Part shown: piece after piece, positions 26,222 through 39,432 of the stretch | Layout of the letters: each line of letters begins with the position of its first letter | Numbering within the stretch: position 1 is the first letter of the stretch | Assembly (NCBI GenBank): GCA_964234715.1 | Contig: OZ174280.1 | Strand: one strand, 5' to 3' | DNA: 64,000 nt | Source of the DNA: Podarcis melisellensis | Lineage: Eukaryota | Translations under genes and position numbers: made by a program | Notes under the pieces: generated by a model | Databases searched by the model: none | The model's input: only the letters and a program-made list of their open reading frames with translations | Told to the model about the DNA's origin: nothing

Positions 26222-26656
26222 AGTGATGTATGGAAGTGAGAGCTGGACCATAAAGAAGGCTGATCGCCGAAGAATTGATGCTTTTGAATTATGGTGCTGG
26301 AGGAGACTCTTGAGAGTCCCATGGACTGCAAGAAGATCAAACCTCTCCATACTGAAGGAAATCAACCCTGAGTGCTCACTGGAAGGACAGATTGTGAAGC
26401 TGAGGCTCCAGTACTTTGGCCACCTCATGAGAAGAGAAGACTCCCTGGAAAAGACCCTGATGTTGGGAAAGATGGAGGGCAGAAGGAGAAGGGGACGGCA
26501 GAGGACGAGATGGTTGGATAGTGTTTTCGAGGTTACCAGCATGAGTTTGACCAAACTGCGGGAGGCAGTGGAGGACAGAGGTGCCTGGCGTTCTCTGGTC
26601 CATGGGGTCACGAAGAGTCGGACACGACTAAACGACTAAACAACACAACAACAACA
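26222..26656 (+). mobile_element. BovB (RTE clade) LINE, 5'-truncated
   Basis: Uninterrupted frame MYGSESWTIKKADRRRIDAFELWCWRRLLRVPWTARRSN...LEKTLMLGK...GRQRTRWLD...VHGVTKSRTRLND*, the BovB ORF C-terminus. (CAA)n tail. 12-bp TSD atgttgacaact at 26210-26221 and 26657-26668. Confidence 0.97.
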
Positions 26657-29600
26657 ATGTTGACAACTGTACAAATGTACTGTGTAGGACACTGTAGGAC
26701 ACAGCAGCAGCGAGGCCCACAGGAGAGCTGGCACAAAACCAAACAGATTGTTGTTTAATTCCAGCTTTGAGGAAGAAATAGTTGGAATGACTGAAGAGGC
26801 TGGGCTCTGCTTTACATTCCTCTCTGTAACACTATTGAGCTGTAAGTGATTGCAATTTTACCTGACATTGTTCATTTAAATTATTTACACTCCTCAAGTG
26901 TAGATATGCAACTTTTCTTGGAATGCCTTGCGAGGGGAGACTGGGACAACAGCTTTAAAATTACTTGCATCTATCACTCAATCGCTTTCAAGTTGCACAC
27001 ACCACTCTGGACTTAATGACATCATTTCTGCAGTCACAAATCTGTCACTGATTTTGGTTTAAAGCCAACAGGATTCCCTGTCTGAGAGCTGAAATTACCA
27101 GGCTTCTCAATGATGGAAGAACCTCATCACTCAAACTACACTCTTCCTGCAAGTTGTGAAAAGTGTGGTTTCCTCTCTCTCTTCTGGCATGAAACATGTT
27201 GCATTGTAAATGCTATGGAATACAGAATGGACAAATGAAGCAACCCAATCCCTCATTCTAATTCTATACTGAGTATAGCCAATATTTGCCAGAGGATGGG
27301 GTCAAGTAAGGAATAAGACAAGACGGGAGAATCCAGAAATCAACATGGCTTATTATCCTTTAAAGAAGCTCAGATTCCCATACTGCCTCCCCCCCCAACA
27401 TTAACATAGGAATTAATTCCAGCGGGTCAGTGGCCAGGGAGAGGGGGAGGGAGAGAAAATCTACACTATTAACCTTCTGTGGCTACCCATACCAAAAGAG
27501 CAACTGCATCAAATAATTTGCATGAGCTTGCCTGTGCATAAGGTTAGCTTTAGAGGCCCAGCTCCTAGTCCATCTTTACTGAATATTGGATTGATGAGTA
27601 CTACAGACAGTGCTTTTTCAGTGGTGGTACCACAGATATTCTCTGCCTGGGAACAATACCCTCTCTTTACATTCATGAAATAGGCCTTTTATTATTATTA
27701 TTATTAATATGGCAGGCATTTTCTATTTGATCTTTGCAGTTCTAAGAAAAGAATGGTTTTAAGCGCAATGGTTTTATTGTGGTATTTTTAGTCTCATTTT
27801 ATTATTTCTGATAGTTTATCTTTTTATACTGAAAGCAACTTTGATTAAATCGGTGAAAAGCTGAACAGAAATAACTTTACATACATGCAAACTAATGAGC
27901 CACCAAACCCTTTTGGAAAGCCGAAGCAATGAGTGCAGTGCTGGTACAATTAACTCAAGCAGTCACGAATCTTTGCTTCTGCCATTGATTTCGATTCAAC
28001 TCCAATTTTATGCTTTGACCTTCTCCCCACAGCCCTTGCTCCCAAACCAACAAACAAATCTTATGCAGTTTTCTGTCTGAGAACAACTATAAGAAATCCC
28101 AGTGAACAATAAGAGCACCTAGGGAGAAGAGCACCCCTCTGGCTTTGGTTTGTTTTAAGCCCTCAGGTTTCTGTGTAGAAGCCTCTTGGCTGAGTGGTGA
28201 TGCAAAACGAATATTGTGAGCTCCAGGATGGCTTCCTCTGCTGCCAGGAAGATATTATTCTGATGAAAGTAATATACAATTCAACTTTAGCAGAGAAATA
28301 GCCCCTAACAGAATTTGTATCTACAAAAGCTCATGCAAGTTATGGTTTCAAATGATGATCCTAGAAGGAAGATGAAAAGGCAAAACAGTCTATTTGTCTA
28401 ACCACAGACTTCTTCACTGCTGATCCTTGGCCAAACAAGTGGATCAGAATGATTCCAAAATGCAGCCCGATGCACAGAAGCCTTTTTCTTCAACTGCCAG
28501 AAAATGGTTAGCAATGGCAGGCCATTTAAAGTAAACGCAGGGTCTCTTCCAACAAGCCTGACTGATTCAAGATTGGCAAGAAGGTGCCTGTGTGCCCAAG
28601 CATAACCAATCAGGGTTCAGGACAGGGCTGGCCTTCACTGTACCATTTTCCAGATGTAAAGCAAAGGGGCGTTCCTAATGGTTTATAATTGTGTTGGAAA
28701 GATTTTGCTTGTCCCTTGAGTGGGAAAGGTCATGAACCATAGCTACTGCCCAACTGCTAAGTAATGGTTGTTTTTAATCTAAATTGTACAGATAACAAAG
28801 CTGGATTCCATCCAAGACTGTTCATTACTATTCCATTCATCATGTGACAACCAATGCTGCAATATCTGCCAGGAAGGGGAAGAAAAATAATAGCAGTGTC
28901 GTGGGGCTGCTGTCAAACACAACCAGCCTAAGCAACAGGTATGAGTGCCTGAGGAATGGGAGAAGGGCATTGGAGGTTAGCTTCCTGTTAACATACTGAA
29001 ACATGAAATCAAAATTTCAGTTCATAGTCAAAGGGCAGGCATATAGTCCAAATAAAAGCAGGTAGTACTGGGTCCTGATCAAACTATGTAGTACTATTCT
29101 CTGGGGTCCATTCACTCTCCACAATACATGCATTGTGACAGATCCACCAAACTTAGGAGAGGTCTAAGAGTTGAAATTTTCTACACCAGTCCTCAATGCT
29201 CTGTCCTGAATAGCATGCCCAGCAATGGTGCCTGCCAGTCCCCTCCTTTCTTCTTTCCCACTGCTTAATGGAATATGAACCAATCATTCAGAAGGAGTTA
29301 CACCATCAGGGTGTAATGCACTAATGGGTAAGAGAACAGATTAGGGCACCACTTATGTTACATCCCCATCGAGGTGGAGCAATGGGTTGGATCTCCTGGA
29401 ATAATATTACAAGAGGCAGAGATGGAAGGCCTTCACCCCGCAGAGTTTTGTTTCTGTTCAGCAGCAATTTACCATGTGAAGGGACTGGATATTTATAATT
29501 ATGCTCAGAGTGGCCACTTTGAAAAATCTATATGTCTCTAGGCTCTGCGTACATCACCATGTCAGCTCTCTGAACAGAGGCATCCATCAGCTACCACGCA

Positions 29601-30115
29601 TCACAGATCTTGGAGAGCACTTGAGAAATGCTTAGTGAGGCCTGTGTCCAACCATCCTGGCTGAGAAGGCATTCTGGTCCAAAGCAGCCACCTTAGCCTG
29701 GGCCAATAAAGTAGGGCATTGCAGCCACACCACCACCAAAGAATAAGACTCAGTAACTGGAGCCCGGGTTTTGTCCAGGAAGTGATGCCAGCATCACAGG
29801 ATTTTAGTCTTAGCATCTATGAAGTTAGCAGAATCTTGTTTTGTGCTTTCTCCAATCATACTAGGTATACTGGCAGAATTATGGAGTCAAGATGTACAAT
29901 GATGGAGGGGGAAATCACTCAAACTGACAAAGATGAGATACAGAAACTCATGTCCACATCTATTTATCCATCCATCGAGAGGCAAAAGCAGGTGCAAGGG
30001 GACTTTTGGATGACATCACACTGGCAGGATCCTTCCAAATACTTTTCATAATTCCGTCTCCCCCAAGCAACTCTCATCGTAAAGGTGAAGACATCAAGGT
30101 CCAATGGAACTTCTT

Positions 30116-30238
30116 GAGAATGTAAGAATCGTCCTGTTGGCTCAGTCTAAAGGCCCATCTTGTCCAACCTGTTATCACAGTGGCCAGCCAGCTGCCTTGG
30201 GGAAGCTTGCAAGCAGAACATCAGTGCAAAAGCACTCT
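30116..30238 (-). mobile_element. CR1-type 3' end fragment
   Basis: Similar to 3014-3140 (aaggcccatcttgtcca...tcacagtggccagccagctgcc...gcttgcaagcag). Confidence 0.65.
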
Positions 30239-30429
30239 TGATGGCACTCAAAGAACAATGACCTCCATCCCTTTTATTTAAATCATGTGTTTTTCCCAGG
30301 ATGTGGGTGGATATGCTCTAACTAACCTGCCACGCTTCTGCGAAGAGTGAAGAAGAGCTGTTATCAGGCACAGAGAGGGCTGGAAGCGGACGCACCATGC
30401 TTCCTTCCCTAACACTCTGCCCAGGCTGT

Positions 30430-30740
30430 TCTTAAAAATTTATTACTCTGTTGCAACATGAAAAATAAGACAGAGAAGCAATCATTAGTATAACTATAAC
30501 TCCCCGTGCAATAGTCACACTTGTAAATTGAGATTTATGATTGCAGCTGCCGATATTTTAGAGCAGGGTGCCTGCGCCGGCATCAGCAAAGCCCCGCTGC
30601 TCGCTGCCCCGGCGCTGTTACAGTTTATCACAATCTGCAGAGATTATTGCAATGAATAATACAGAACAGGCTGGCAGTGAAGAACTATTCCCGATCAAAC
30701 GCTTCTGTAAACAACTGAATAAATAATATTTCTCATCCCC
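30430..30740. promoter_or_regulatory. Candidate conserved non-coding element
   Basis: CpG-rich core at 30571-30620 flanked by AT-rich arms. GATTTATGA at 30532, Fox TGTAAACA at 30706-30713, TTATCA, and palindrome tgttgcaaca at 30449-30458. Confidence 0.55.
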
Positions 30741-32508
30741 TCTTTGAAGCCCTTGCGGGCCTGGGGAGATCACTCATTGCACAGTAGAAGAGCTAAGGGC
30801 TTGGGGAGAGTGTGGGGGGGAGATGGTCATTAGATTAAATGCAACACCGGGCATGCGGTGGAAGCTCTATGAAGACCAAGCTCTATCAGTCACAGCTCGC
30901 AAAACCTCCACTTGTTTACGGAGGAGCAGCCAGTGAAGAAGGGGCATGACTAAGACTGTATCACAAGTCTGTGGCAGAGAACAGATTGAATACCCAGTCT
31001 TCTGAAATTTAGCCCAGTGAAATTGAGAAATAATCAGCTAGGATTGAGCTAAGTATTATTTCAATACATATCTACTTGTCTAAGTAAATGAAAAGATCAC
31101 ATTGAAAGACAACAGAGAAAGAGGCAGACAAGAGAAGGAGGAATTTGCTCACAGGCAGGTTCAGGAGCAGGTGCAAGTATGATGAAACGACATCCCCGAG
31201 ACACACCAGGGCTGCCTCTCAGGCCATGTAGAGTTTGAGGGTATGCAGGGAGGCCAGACTCTCCGCATGCATAAATGTCAATAAGTAATGTAACATGATG
31301 AGGATTATGTGCCAACAACTGCAAAAAGGGCATATCTTGCAGGATGTTAAAGGATAAAGTTCACCTCTGGAACAGCCTTCAATTTTTCACTGCTACAGCA
31401 GAGCCATTCTTGTCTCTCTTTAACCCGTTCTGTGTGGTTGCAATGTTCAGCATGACAGCTCAAGTATTGGGGAGCCAAAGGGACGTTAGGCCAGAGCTTT
31501 CTATTTTTCGTCATCTACTACTGAGTTATTTCAAGAAAGGCACCCCATTCAATTTTTTTGTCATCCCAGTCTAGGAGACTGGATGGAAATACGGCATACA
31601 TGTTCATAATATTCATAGTTAACAAGGGAACATGGAACAGGAACCAAAGGTTCATTCTGGGACATGAGCACACAGCTTTTGTGGGGGGCGGGGCTGAAAC
31701 CCCTGCACCACCACTTTGCCTTATAGAAAACAGGCAGTTTTAGTGCTGCATGAAAGGTCTTATGGTGAGTGTGGGAATGGGAGAAACCAAGTCACATTAT
31801 TTAATTAATTACTGTAGGATAGCCAATTTCATTAATAGTGATGAAAAATGAAATAGCTTTGCAAAATGCACTTGAATGTCTGGTGCCCCTAAGATGGTGT
31901 GAGAGCAAAGGAAGCACAAGAGAGAGATGCACACCAGTAGAGCAGAGCAACTCCCAAGGGAAGTTCTGCCTCATTCAGAAAGACAAAACAACCCTCCAAG
32001 GTCATGAAGGTAAGAGGCAAGGATTAATCTGATTCTTTGGGCCTTGGCTATTAGCTTAGAAGGCTTGTCTGTATGGATTGCTCTAGCTTCCTCTCTACCT
32101 CCAGAAAAAAAAGTGAAGAGGAATACCTTTTTATAAAGTTTCTCAACAGTTCTGACTTACACCTCTATTCAGATTGCTGCTGCCCTTATTCTCACTGTCT
32201 TCTGGCTCTCCTTTACTCATTTTTCTTCCTATCTTACTTGAGAAAGACACCCTAGCTATATTCTGAATTTGTACTTATCTTCTCCTTGGACCACCATTAA
32301 GGTTGTTCCAAATACTGTCTTTCCCAGGGTCTTAGGATCACTTTACATTACACTGATGTTTCACCATACAGTCCAACAGCTTGTTTCCGATGGCTGAGAC
32401 AATGAATTTAAATGTTCATGCCAGAGAAACATATTTATAGTATCAACTGCTTAGACCACCATTTCCATCCCATTGCCACAGTGAGTTCCAAGATGATGAT
32501 TCCATAGC

Positions 32509-32613
32509 CGGTGGAGTCAACTAACTTCTACTCAGAGTAGACCCATTGAGATAAATGAACATGACTTAACCTAAGTGGAGTCTACGCTGAGTAAAAGTTA
32601 GTTGAATACAGCC
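32509..32613. mobile_element. Short palindromic MITE
   Basis: Inverted arms tcaactaacttctactcagagtagaccca / tggagtctacgctgagtaaaagttagttga. Confidence 0.7.
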
Positions 32614-32912
32614 TTGTGTATAGAATTTAGAAGGATATCTTGTTAATATTATCTCTCATCCCAATTGACTACTAATATTTCATAGATCCCCTTAGGAAAT
32701 GCTGTGGCACCAAGTCTGGAAGCAGATACAGATTGCAGTTCCTGTTCTTGCATGGTCTGTATTGGCCCTAGATATGAACCATACACAGTATGGGCCTTAT
32801 TCCTTTCTGAGTTTTAGCCAAGTCTTTGGTTATGTTCTTTCTCAACCATCCCACCAAGAACTAACAGAGATAATTACTAAAGTCCTGTATATTTGCTGGG
32901 CACTTACAACTA

Positions 32913-33135
32913 CAGTGGTACCTTGGGTTACAGATGCTTAAGGTTACAGACTCCACTAACCTAGAAATAGTACCTTGGGTTAAGAACTTTGCTTCAGGAT
33001 GAGAACAGAAATTGTGCGCTGGCAGCGTGGCGGCAGCAGGAGGCCCCATTAGCTAAAGTGGTACCTCAGGTTAACAGTTTCAGCTTAAGAACGGACCTCC
33101 AGAACGAATTAAGTTCTTATCCCGAGGTACTGCTG
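32913..33135. mobile_element. Tc1/mariner (Tigger-like) MITE
   Basis: TA|cagtggtaccttgggtta ... tatcccgaggtactgctg|TA, with internal TIR-like repeats. Confidence 0.9.
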
Positions 33136-33349
33136 TATTGGAAAGGTATCAACAAATGAATGGCAAAAGTCTGGCCCCTGGGAAGACATTCTTCACTACA
33201 GAGACACCAGTAAATAATGCACAATTTTCTGAGGCTGGCCAAACTCCCAAATACCTCAGCTTTTGTGAGGCCAGGAATAACTTCGCTTTGCATTCTGAAT
33301 GCGAGCCAATCATTCCACTTTCCTCAATCATTCCACTTTTCCTCAAAGG

Positions 33350-33761
33350 GCCCCGGTGGGACAAGGGCCCAGTCTCAGCGGAGAGAGGTGGTGAGTCTGT
33401 GCTCTATGAGCAGGAATCGGTTCCAATTAATCCCCTCTCAGCTTGGCCTGCCCGCTTCATTACCTCCCCTTGATGAGAACCATCAGTGGGGCCTGTATGA
33501 TTTTGCTAATTAGCCTCACTTCGTTTATCATTTCCATTTTCTCTCAGCGACGCACGGCTTGCTGGGCGACAGCTTCATCTCCTGCTGAAACAATGCGGCC
33601 CCTTCTGTGCCTGTCTCACTTAGCGCTGTCACTGCAGCCATTATGAAATTGGGGTTTCATTTACACACTAATTAAACATTACAGCTTGTTCACAATTACA
33701 ACACGGGGATGAGGAGGTAACTAATTACTTAAGAAATGAGCTAACATTTATCTCCAATTCT
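33350..33761. promoter_or_regulatory. Candidate conserved non-coding element
   Basis: TAATCC at 33428, palindrome gctaattagc at 33505-33514, Sox-like AAACAATG at 33588, CTAATTA at 33668 and 33721. CpG retained. Confidence 0.55.
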
Positions 33762-35140
33762 CTTCTTTATCCATCTCCCCTCCCCACTCCCTCTGCAATC
33801 AAGATTAGATTGTTGTTCAACAGAGATGGTGCTGGAGGCCCTTGGTAGCCTCAACCCATGCAGCCCCCCTTCCGAGTACACTTTGCGGGGTTCGGTTGTA
33901 GGACAATAAATCAGTCCCTAATTGCTTCTAGGGTTGCAGGGGACCACCAGAGTCACTAACACACCAGACAAAGGCGGAGGAAGCAAGCACCTTGGCACTC
34001 GCCCTAAGTATTGTTAGGGAGGGCGGTTGAGTTGATGCATGTGTCTCCCCCACCCCACCTCAGGTAATAATAAGAAAAATACACGGGGACCAGCATTTTT
34101 CATCTGGGGAAAACAGACTAATTCATTGCTAATTTACCTCTGAAAAAGGCCTCTGACCCCTATTCTTAATCACTGCTTTGCATCAGGCGCTGCTCTAGGT
34201 GTTCGTGATTATGCCCTATCCTTCATTAAGCCAGTAGCCCAGCCCCACAATATTTACTGACTTGCTCCCCTCCAAGTGGTCACAGTCTCGGGCTCAAATA
34301 TGTGTTTGTATTTGTGCTGTTATAATCCAGAACCAGGCAGTACAAGCAATGAGGAAAATCAATGGTTCTTTTTATTTCCCCAGGGAGGCTTAGACGGGCA
34401 GTTAACTGCCACGACAGTTTGGGCTGGAGCCAACACCACTGTTCCCTTCTGATTTGGTCATTCCTGTCACATAGGGAGGCAAGCTAGTCTTCTTGCACCG
34501 TTGCAACAGAGACTAAGCTGTTTGCCAAACAGTATTCACCCCCTTCCTACCCACAAAAAATTACCTTACTGAGTAAAGCTAAGCTTTTGGTTTAACTTGC
34601 CTACTTACCTGTTTAAAATTAGTTTGCTTGTAACACTTTTTAAAAAAAAACACTGAAGTACTTTAATGAAGTTTGGTGCGCATGTTCTAGATTTCAAGTT
34701 TTAAAACCAGCTCAGCCCCCATACCCATCCTCAAAGTCAGAAAGGGACCTGCAAAATATTATGGTATTTGCCTAAAAGGCAGAGACATCAGGAAGAATGT
34801 TGGTGTGCACTTTAGAACATTTTTTTAAAAAGGGGTGCAGATTACAAAATATATTGGTATGTGATTATTTAAAGTAAGAACTCTAGAATGTTGTCATTTA
34901 CTAATAATATTTGTGCTTTATTAGTATTATTTGTATTGCACAAATGTTCTTAAATGGAGCAATTAATACCTAGAAGGACAGCTATTACCAAAAGGTCTCT
35001 CGGCTCAAAATCAGAACAAACTGCCAAAATGTGTGCTTATTGGTTTCATGCATCTCCCACTCTTCCTTTAGAACTAATTAGTTAAGAAATGAGCTAACTT
35101 TTATATCAAATTCTGCTCCCCTTTGTTTTACCATGTTTGT

Positions 35141-35271
35141 ATCACAACCAACCCAGTGTGGTAGGCTATACTGAAAGATAGTGACTGTTCAAGCCATGTG
35201 GAGCTTGGCTGAGTGGAGATTTAAACCTAAGTTTCCCACATACAAATCAATATTCTAGCTGCAACGCCACA
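35141..35271 (-). mobile_element. MIR/Ther1-like SINE fragment
   Basis: cacaaccaacccagtgtggtaggcta..ctgaaagatagtgactg...ggctgagtggagatttaaacct. Confidence 0.5.
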
Positions 35272-36053
35272 AATGTTTTTATACACTCTGTTTACAGAGT
35301 AAAACAATTGTAGATGCACCATTCCACCAAAAGCCAGGGATCCTAAGGGCTAGGGCAATATTGCAGGAAGGGTTGGATGGGCCAGGCCCAGAATAAAACC
35401 TTTTCCTTGAGATGGGTTTCCAGTCAGGCTATCAGAGCCGTTGCCAGCATTTATATATCCAAATAGGTGCAGGCATGACTGTGGTGCTATACGAGAGGCC
35501 AAGAAGGGAAGATGGCCCAGGGGTGGGGGTGGAGAAGGGGCACAGATGCAGCTAACTAGCTGGGTAGGCATGATGTCTGTCTACGTTCTCAACTACAGGG
35601 GTTGAGATGGACCTTGCACACACTCTGATGTGTTCAACTCAGTGACGGCCAACTCATCTTGAAGAGACATTTTCTTCAGGGAGGAATTAACATTTACAAA
35701 TGAGACCTATTAGAGTAAATAAAGGCGATTGTCATTTGGCTCAGGAGGCAATGGAGACCATAGGCTTAGATACAAATCTGATTAGGGAGATGCGCCATTT
35801 GGAGGGGGAGGCAGCCTTTGGCATTGATTGGGTGTGTATGTTATTTATTTATTGACTTGGACACAGGAGCATTGTGCATTTAGCCTAGGCAAAGCAGCAG
35901 AATGGCAGGGGACATGCTTATGAGGCAGATTTGGAATGGACTAGGCAGGTTGGTGAGGAATATTACCACAATTATCAGGTCAAAATAATCAGGACATGGG
36001 GGGCACTAAACAGAATGACACCGTTGAGACCAACAGTATATCTTCCTTTGCAA

Positions 36054-36430
36054 GGGTTGCGGGTGGCTTTGTGGTCTAAACCACTGAGCCTCTGGGGCTT
36101 GCTGATCTGAAGGTCAGCAGTTTGAATCTGTGTGACTGGGTGAGCTCCTGTTGCTCCATCCCAGCTTCTGTCAACCTAGCAGTTTGAAAGCACACCAGTG
36201 CAAGTAGATAAATAGGTATCACTTCGTCAGCAAGGTAAACGGTGTTTCCATGCGCTCTGGCTTCCGTCACGGTGTTCCGTAGTGCCAGAAGTGGTTTAGT
36301 CATGCTGGCCACATGACTTGTCTGTGGACAAATGCCAGCTCCCTCAGCCTGAAAGCAAGATGAGCATCACACCCCAAAGTCGCCTTTGACTGGACTTAAC
36401 TGTACAGGGGTCCTATACCTTTTTACCTTA
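36054..36430 (+). mobile_element. Sauria SINE, full length, CpG-decayed
   Basis: gggtggctttgtggtctaaaccactgagcc head, gtgcaagtagataaataggta core, catgctggccacatgac, and tacctttttacctt tail. Confidence 0.92.
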
Positions 36431-39035
36431 CATTACTTTTAAACGAGCAAATAAAAAAAATTATAAATCTGTTACTGAGTTGAGTGGTCTGATTAGAATG
36501 CAATAATGCCCTTATATACCGTGTCATGCTGGGGTAAAAGGCCACCATAAGCTCCAATAGATTTAATGGCAAAAACAGCAAGAAAGGAAAGAGGAGAGGA
36601 AAGACAAATTAGGATCACCAACGTAAAGCACCAAATGCTGTTGCCTACAAACCCAACTGAAGAAGAAAAATGCCACCATACCTGAAAATGCTTCTTAACT
36701 GTTTTGGTAACAGGATCTTTCCTAGTAAAGTACCAGAACATTAGGGAGGCTGACCTGGAGCCAGTTCCAAACAAACTGAAATTGGGGGTGAGGTGCTACA
36801 ACTTTTAATCCACGTTTCCCAGAAAGAAAGTCTGATTTATGCAAATAGAAATGTGGAGCTTCTTGAAAGAGAACCAGTACATGACAAACCAATCTTGTGA
36901 AGTAACTTGCTGCCTGTTTTTCTAGTGATACTCACCACATCATCACAAAACCACAAAGAAAGAAGATATGCACAAGGCCTGGTGAAAACTGGAGTGGCAG
37001 AAGATTTCACACACACAAGTATCACCCAGGTTCACTGCAGCCAGTGTTGCTTGTGTTAACTTTAAAAAATAAATGCCTGGACATTATGAAGGTCCCCAAT
37101 TGTTCCTTGGCTACATAATCCTGGAGTGTACCATGGACAGGGGTAGTTTTGGCTCTCACGAGAGAGCGCTTTAGGAATGCTTAAAATATATGGGCCTAGA
37201 AATAGTTAAAGAATGAACAGGGATGGGGCTCTGTGGACTTTAATAATAGTAACTCCTCATTCTCATAGTTTTTATCCTTCCTGTCTTTGGCCTACAAAAA
37301 AATTCTCAGCTAAACTACTGACACCGGCTGGGAGCTTAGAACTCCCAAATCAAACAGGGCCCTTGATTCTCCAGCACATAATTGTGCTGCCCTTTCACCC
37401 CCACCTTCAATCAGTGCCGTTTAACTATCTCGTTTAGCCTACGCGACCCACCCCTCTGCTAACTAGCAGCCATATTCTTCTCATTAGGACAGAGGCTGCT
37501 CTTGCTTTACAGACAAGTAGAGACAAATCTGTAATGTCTCTCTCAACACAGTTATATATAGAAAGGGTTTGACGGGGGGAGGGGGTCAGGCAATCATGGT
37601 CTCCCACAAAACAGCCCAGCTTGCATCTGTCTCAGCCTGAATAATAAACCAGAAAAATTACTGTATTTACCTTGCTCTTATTCCAGTAAATAAACATCAG
37701 GAAAGGGGGGGGCAGTGGTAGGGAGGTTCACTCACCACAGAGTATATCTTTATACAAAATGGCTGCCCTTACTGTGGGACAAAATGTTTCCAAGGTAAAG
37801 AGACAAGCACTCTCACAAAGCCTTGGCTAGTCTTTGTTCATCAGGAGTGCCTTTCTCCAGAACAAAAAAAATTACGACTTTTTGTTCAAGAGCAAACTGT
37901 ACCTCTCTGCAGTAGTGCAGCTAGCAATGCTGGGGGAAGTTGGGTTAATTATTCATTCTATGTACTCATTCTCTGCCTGAGAGGTCCACTTTTAAACTTC
38001 TCAGTCTTATGGGTCACCCAGAATCCAGAAAAACCCAAGTATCACTATGCCAAACAAAATATCCCCAATCTTTCTGTAGTCTATTCCACCAATGAAGCAT
38101 CCATATGCTATTATGTACACAAACCTATTCTCTTATGTACCATTCTACTAGCTCTGTATTTGCTGTATTGTAGCTGTCAACGATTGGGCATAGAAAGCAG
38201 AAAGATTCTCTTCAGCACAATGACCAGGACCTCTGACATGATAAATCAGCATCACCCAAGCCAAAGTATATCAACTGTTATGCTCCTGTTGTTCCAGAAA
38301 TTCTTGGAAGCCCAACATGAAAAACTGAGAATGGAATACACCAATCTTCTGCAGACTGTATCTCAGTAACCATTCATTGGCCAATATCTATTACTTAGTT
38401 TTCAGGCCACAGGAAATACAGGGTTTCCAGGCACCATCCATACACCAGGCTCGAGATTTTACATTGTTGAAGGACAGAACCTCAAGTATAGCTTTGAGAG
38501 CTATTGAAATGAAATTATAGTAAGACAATGTTCGGCCTTTCCCATCCTATACTGACACCATGTTAAGGTACTTAACTGTATAAACAGATTTTCAGAAATA
38601 CATCAGTGGAAGAACTGGTTCATTTCCTTACTCCAATACATGTAGGTGTGTTTCTTTGGTAGAGACCTATCAGTAAATAATATAATAAGTATCAATAGAA
38701 ATAAAACCAGCAGCTGCCCCAAAGTGATCAAAGTTATATGAGACAAAGATGTAGATCAGTTAATTAGGTTTTCCTCCTTTTCTGATGATGAGAACCCCAG
38801 CTTGGGGGGACAGGGACATCTTACTTCTTCCTAAAAGCTGGTGGCCTATCACAGAACATGTCTTTTGGCTGGTGACACCTATTCTTTGAACTCTACCTCC
38901 TAACACAGTGCAGCAGACTCGATAACTTGCCCCTTTAAAACCTTCCTTTACAGGCCTGCTTTTTATTACAAGGGCTTGGGGTTTTTGTTTTTTTATGCCT
39001 ACTTCAAGTTTAACATGTCGTTCTTTTTATTAACA

Positions 39036-39182
39036 ACACAAGAAGAGCTTGCTGGATCAGGCCAAGGGCCCATCTAGTCTGCCAACCTGTGCTCACAGTG
39101 GCCAACCAGATACCTATTGGAAACCCACTTGCTCCGCAGCTGCAGTTTCCAGCAACTGGTAATTCAGAAATATACTGCTTCC
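39036..39182 (-). mobile_element. CR1-type 3' end fragment
   Basis: aagaagagcttgctggatcaggccaagggcccatctagtc...cagcaactggtaattcagaaatatactgc, homologous to 3014-3190. Confidence 0.8.
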
Positions 39183-39432
39183 AAATTTTGTACTTTTTCT
39201 GCATTGTTAAAATTCGCTGAATTATTAATTGTACCTCATTGTAGGGTTTATTATTATTATTTTTTAAAAAGAAATGTTGTAAAATAACAAGTGAAAAGGT
39301 TAGGTTTTTTCTTAAATTGGGGCAGCTACTTGTTGCAGAAATGCATGGTTTTGGTCACGTTACTAATATTCTATACTGATATATACCAGAAGCCATGTAT
39401 TTGAGCTTGAAAGTTGGACAATCTTTCCCAGG

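Noticed and set aside
26147-26611. 154-aa minus-strand ORF
   Set aside because: Antisense shadow of the BovB fragment.
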